Source: Paramecium tetraurelia (lineage: Eukaryota). From it: 64,000 bases of DNA. Position 1 is the first letter of the stretch; each line of letters opens with the position of its first letter. The stretch covers positions 434,001 to 498,000 of the forward strand of contig CT868052.1 in assembly GCA_000165425.1 (NCBI GenBank), given 5' to 3'. The position numbers and the translations under genes are program-made. The notes beneath the pieces were generated by a model that saw only the letters and a list, made by a program, of their open reading frames with translations, did not search any database and had not been told where the DNA came from. Positions 58,768-64,000 of this stretch are shown one piece after another.

Positions 58768-58785
58768 GATATTAAAAAAAAATGA
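56597..58785 (+). CDS. OST-HTH-associated (OHA) + two LOTUS/OST-HTH domain RNA-binding protein
   Basis: GGRYGCAQFIK...LRDLSLGRLTLYVQMAV (OHA); GVSLAQIPTLLKE...LIELGFPKLKNFIES and GISINQLYYDL...FNYQRFQCQSFFQFL (LOTUS); poly-Gln end. Confidence 0.8.
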
Positions 58786-58899
58786 AAGCTGTATAATTTT
58801 TATTAAATTTTGAATTTATACTAATTTTTTAAGGAATGTATATTAAATTTTTATAGAATAGTATAAAATTTAATAATTAACATTATAATTTTTCATGTC

Positions 58900-60199
58900 A
58901 AATCATTCATCAATTTTAGTATTTTTTTTTTTTAATTAAACGTCCAAACATTGATCTATTTATTATTCTAAACATAAACATATGATTTAATAGATTTTAT
59001 TATATTCCTTCATTTCATCACAGTTAATTTTTGATAATTCATAGGCTAATAATATTTTATAAGCAGAAGCAATCTATTACTTTGTTAATAATTTTAATTT
59101 TAATTATGTATTCCATATATTTTATATTTTTTGCTGAAAGGATACCTATCTTTAAGCAAGATGATCAATTTGATCTCCTATATATTACATCTAGTATTAA
59201 TGTATTTATTAATGTTTATAAATTGGATTTTCCTTAATTTATCTAATAATACCATCTAGTTCAGAGTTCTCATAATATTCGTTAAAGAACTCAACACTTT
59301 AAATTTAAAAGATTCTAAATATATCTTTTTAGTTATGAGCCAAAATCAATTTATAAATCTCTTTCATTTCTAATTAAAATGGATGATCTTAATGGATATC
59401 GTATCTATGCTTGAACCAAGATTCTATATATCTATCTTATTATTGATAATAATCTTGATAAAACTTTTGAACCTTATTTAAGGAATTCTTCCTTTGATCT
59501 TCATTAAAAGTAAACTTATCATTTTTGAATTTCCAGGGATATATACAATCATATCTAATTAAAAGATTAAATAAACAATGATTCTCGAAATTGGTGAATA
59601 ATTTTATTATAGAACCCAAGGAACTTTGTTAATCTAGAGTTCCTATTAAATCTTTAATATCACTTATTGTTTTATATTAAGAAATCCAACTTATAATAGA
59701 ATTTTTCACATCTTTAATATCTTTAATTCTATTTAATTAGAATTGGTTTTAATTTACAAATGCATAATTGACAAAATGGATTTTAGCTATTTCTACCTGT
59801 ATTGGAATAATATTAAATTTTTGTTCATTTAACTAAATATAGATATTTTTTGGACACAAATTTCCATGAGTCATTTTTTGACCTTCAAATAATTTATTTA
59901 ATTTTTCCAAAATTCTATTAACAATCAATATTACTTATCCAATATATATCTTAATATATTGAGATCTCTAAATAATAAATGATATCTACTGTTAATTCCA
60001 TTAGCTCTTCTAAGCAAATGTATTCATTCTACGGGAGACATATCACATAATCATCATTACAATTAATCACACCCTTATACTCTTCAAACTTAATTATGCT
60101 ATCCATATAAGGGTATCTGCTTTGAACAATATATTAAATTGTTTGATAATATTCCATCCAAAGGTATCGAATAAAAAAATTGACAAAAATCACATTCAT
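58900..60199 (-). CDS. Divergent kinase-like (pseudokinase) protein
   Basis: MTHGNLCPKNIYI catalytic-loop-like segment lacking the catalytic Asp; exon structure and 3' end uncertain. Confidence 0.4.
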
Positions 60200-60229
60200 A
60201 ATTAATTGAGAATTAAAGAATAAGTTCAA

Positions 60230-61844
60230 TCATCCCCCCTTAGACTTATAGAGGACTAATTGTTTTGGTAATTCATCTAATAGTTCCTTAGCCAATTTCC
60301 CTTGATCATTCTTAACTTTATTGTAATGAACATATTTAACTAAGTCCCTTTCTGCTTATCTCCCATGAGTATCCCATAATCCATTGTTTCCATCCAATTT
60401 ATCCATGGCTTTCAAGTCAGCTGAGTCTCCAATGCCAACAATAATAAGAGATAAAGGGAGGTTTCCTGCATCGACTATAGACATAATTGTTTAATCCTCA
60501 TCCATATACTTTCCATCTGTCAGAATTAATAATACAAAATATTGGTTTCCATTTGCATTTAAGTCCTCTTGTGCCCATTTCATCACCTATCTAATCATAG
60601 GATTAAAACAAGTAGGACCATCTAATTAAATGTTCTTAACTGAGAATTCATATATTCTTCTGATATCCTCTAAATTCTATGCTTCTCCTTATAATGGAAA
60701 GCAGTGTTTATTGAAATTTTATAAATATCTTGGTATTCCTCCAAACCCATACATAGGAACTCTTTTGTCGCTGTCATAATCCATCAGTATTTTTGCTACT
60801 TATTCAATAGCTTATAAGTATTGACTTTCCTTTGATATTGAATGTAATGATTCATTGTTGTATGGATTTTTATTGCTCTCAGTAAAATCAATTGCAATAA
60901 TCAAAGCTAATTAAGTTCCCTATTCTATATATATACATGAAATATACATACAGATATAATTATAAAACTGGCCTTCAATATCATATTCAAATTAATCAAT
61001 CATTGATCTTCCTATAATCTCATTATTGAGGTTGGTGATGTTAAATAAACACACATTTTTATCTATCTGGTATTTCCAGAATTCAAATTCACCAAGACTT
61101 TACTAATTAAAGCCTTCATGTTGAATCACTAGCATAATCAAATAGTTTATTACCTTCACAAAATATAGATTGCAATGGGTCATTATCACAAAGAATTTCA
61201 AAGGAAGTCTCGATTTTTTTCCAATTCAATTATGACGACTTAGGTTTCGCTTCAGTTTATAGAATTACCTATTTATTTGGTATCTTTTTATATAAAATCA
61301 ATGACAAGGACTATTGTTCTTTAAAAAGACTGAGCAGGGACTAAAACAGAGAATTATTTAGTTATAAGTAAATCTAAACACATTTAATGAAAATATACGT
61401 CGAACTTGATTTTCTAGATATTTTCTTGGCTCCTTTCTGTTTTGAATGTAATCATTCCATTCCTCTGATTCATCAAATCGGATATATAAAAGACTCTTTG
61501 TTTATCTCCTAATATTTCACCCAAATTCGCTTGACATTATCCTATCATACTACACCAAACATACCTATGAATTATTAACCTAAATAGAGATCGAATTTTA
61601 AAGGCTAAACCATTTCGAATAAATATTTGAGACCATAAAAATTTAAACATTACATGATGATCATTAGAATAATTCTATTCTTTAATATTCATAGTACATC
61701 AATTACTTTGAATTCTTAAAAAACCCCGTCAGGATCCTTTGTAAATACAATTAATTAATAGCTTTATCCATAACGCAGCCCATTTAATTGTTTACAATAA
61801 ACTTAAATATTAATCGAATAGCCTGGCTGATTTGATTAATACAT
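60230..61844 (-). CDS. Copine (C2-C2-vWA)
   Basis: IAIDFTESN...SLH, DYDSDKRVPMYGFG, HCFPL, GPTCFNP, YFVLLILTDG, LPLSLIIVGIG, ERDLVKYV, ELPKQL. N-terminal C2 exon structure not fully resolved. Confidence 0.9.
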
Positions 61845-62480
61845 AATTTTAAATACTAATTAGTTTAATCGATCGAAATAATCAATCTTCTCATGATCTT
61901 ACATATCTATATAATATTAGAAAACATAAAGGATCAGATATTCATATCAGATTATAAATTTAATCAAACCAAGAATGTATTTTTAGAGTCTTTTATGAAT
62001 GAATAATCATAATTTATTAAATATTAATGTTTCAAAATTAAGGAATATTTTGGTTATTTTTAATATGCTTAACAAAAAATAAACTTTATTAATTTGAGAA
62101 TTGGTAAACTCTTTATATCCTTGAAAAATGTAAAAAATATCATGTCTGTAGGTTCTTTGATGAAGAAAATTAAAAATTTGTATATATTACTTACAATTAA
62201 TAATAAAGTACATTAAATCACTAAGATATATATAAAGAAAATAGTCATTTCCTATTAAACTTATGTTTTCAAAAGTAGTTAATTAGTTTTCGTATCAAAC
62301 TACCATAATTTATATTTTAACCGTCCATGTTTTAATTACAAAATTCTGTTAAGAATAACTTAAATTATCAAAGTTTTCTGAACAGAACTATCTGAGTTGA
62401 AGATACTCTGATCATTATATAGGATTGTGATTGAGATATTACAATCAATTAATATATTTATTTAAATTATTATTAAATCA

Positions 62481-63761
62481 ATGGATCAAATAAAAAATGT
62501 TGAATCTTACTTGGATAATTTACTTGGAGATTTTTAAGCTACTAAATGCACTAAATTTGCTCAATAGTTAGTTTCAAACAAATCATAGAAAATATTTCAA
62601 GAATTAGATTCTCGTTAGTTATTTATCAATCAAAACCAATAACATTTAGATATGTCGTTTCGGTCCTAAACTGCCTAAATCTCCATTCCATCTAGGTACA
62701 ATATCAAAAATAGTAAGAAAGATTGATTGCTTTGGCCAAATTGAAGTGAAAACATTTACAAAGGAAGAAATAGATTCGTTGAGAAAGGAACGAGGACAGA
62801 GAGCATAGATAAAAGTAAAGCAAATTTAGGAGGCTTAAGAAAAGAGAAAGCAAGATTATTTGGAATCTTGGAAAAAAACCTAGTAAATTTAACACTAGAA
62901 ACCATTATTCTAATTATTACAAGAATAAGAAACTGCCCAGATTAAGCTGTAATAGGAAATAATACAAAAAAGGTTAGAGTAAATCAAATAAGAGAGGAGA
63001 CCTTTAAATAAAATAGATTTCGAAGAGCACAGAAAAAAGTTTTGCGATTTAATTATACAACCAAGAAATAAATCTATTGAATCATAACTATATAACTAAA
63101 CAAAATCCATAAGTCCTGAGAAATCTGTTTATTATATAAAAGTAGAACAAGAAAAAAATAAGCAAAAATTATTGGAATAAGAAAGAAAAAATCATTTGTT
63201 GGAATTATAAGAGAAGAAAAAGAATTTTTCTGAAGAAACTAAAAATAGATTTAAACCCAAGTTGAGTTTAGATAAGTAAAATGAACTATTAGAAATATAA
63301 AGTAAATTGCACCATAGATCTGATTTCTAAAAATATTAAGTTTTAGCTAATAAAGTTAGACAAAAAAAGATTTCATATTAAATTTAAGACACGGATGAAG
63401 ATTCTAAATCACTAAATACTTTTACAAAAAATAAAGACTAGAATACCTCTTATGATATCGCCAGTTAGGATACTCAATTACCTAAGTTTAAACATAAGAG
63501 TTTTGTTATTGATACTAACACTCAACAATAAAATTAGAATTATTGGTAAAGAGTAGCTTTAAATACTAATATATCAGTAAAAGATAAGAACTTACTAATC
63601 ATAGAAGAAGCAAAAAAGTATAATTAGATTATAAATTTAGGTTAGAAGAGTTGGCAAAAAAGTAAGAATAATTAGCACGTGTCACTGGTTATGATAGCTT
63701 ATAAGCGGATAATCTCTTGATTAGTTCCATTAAAGCAAAGTTGACAGTTTTACAAAATTGA
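62481..63761 (+). CDS. Hypothetical coiled-coil protein
   Basis: MDQIKNVESYLDNLLG...; charged helical region; ends LLISSIKAKLTVLQN*. Confidence 0.65.
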
Positions 63762-64000
63762 ATTTTTACTTATTCATAAAAATTAAATTCATATTTTAAA
63801 TATTTAATTATTATTGAAAGCATTGCAAATTTAATTTTTTGGATTCAAAATAATATTAGTAAAATTGTGAAAAGTTAAACTACTTATATAATTAGTTTTA
63901 TTTAAACTATGTACTGAGAGTAATCTGTAGCAATATTCACCTCTTCTAAGATGATTTTTTCATCTGATTATAAATTTATTTATTGAATCATAATTATAAT

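Noticed and set aside
60190..60240. Copine fused to the downstream kinase-like region
   Set aside because: The copine frame ends at an in-frame TGA (60230-60232) at the normal copine C-terminus; a new ATG follows.

Overview
Very AT-rich, gene-dense eukaryotic DNA from a ciliate macronuclear chromosome, most likely Paramecium (aurelia complex by inference). Genes only read through if TAA/TAG = Gln and TGA is the sole stop (translation table 6). They are split by tiny 20-30 nt GT..AG introns and separated by very short spacers, so the supplied standard-code ORF track is mostly fragments or artefacts. I manually translated about 33 protein genes. Recognisable ones are the RPL27 3' end, RPL3, a tandem CCCH zinc finger, a SHAQKYF Myb, mitochondrial Twinkle, V-ATPase F, a PHTF/7TM-ion-channel-like membrane protein, IMP3, a DHHC acyltransferase, Dopey, an ADO/PCO dioxygenase, SPEF1, a PX sorting nexin, a His-phosphatase, Vps51, an F-box-like+VLRF1 (Vms1/ANKZF1) protein, a PB1 protein, CNOT11, an EamA transporter, a 7TM protein, an ERK7-type MAPK, two CAMK-like kinases, a GTPBP1/2-like GTPase, GILT, a Vps4-like ATPase, a TM-RING E3, a SNF5-like protein, an OHA+LOTUS protein and a copine. 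There are also two box C/D snoRNA candidates with rRNA-antisense guides and two other structured intergenic segments. Most interesting: the F-box-VLRF1 fusion, the PHTF-like candidate channel, a Walker-B E->A Vps4, the snoRNAs and a GTPBP lacking the catalytic His. Family calls are motif recognition from memory; no database searches were run. Gene ends flagged as approximate may be off.
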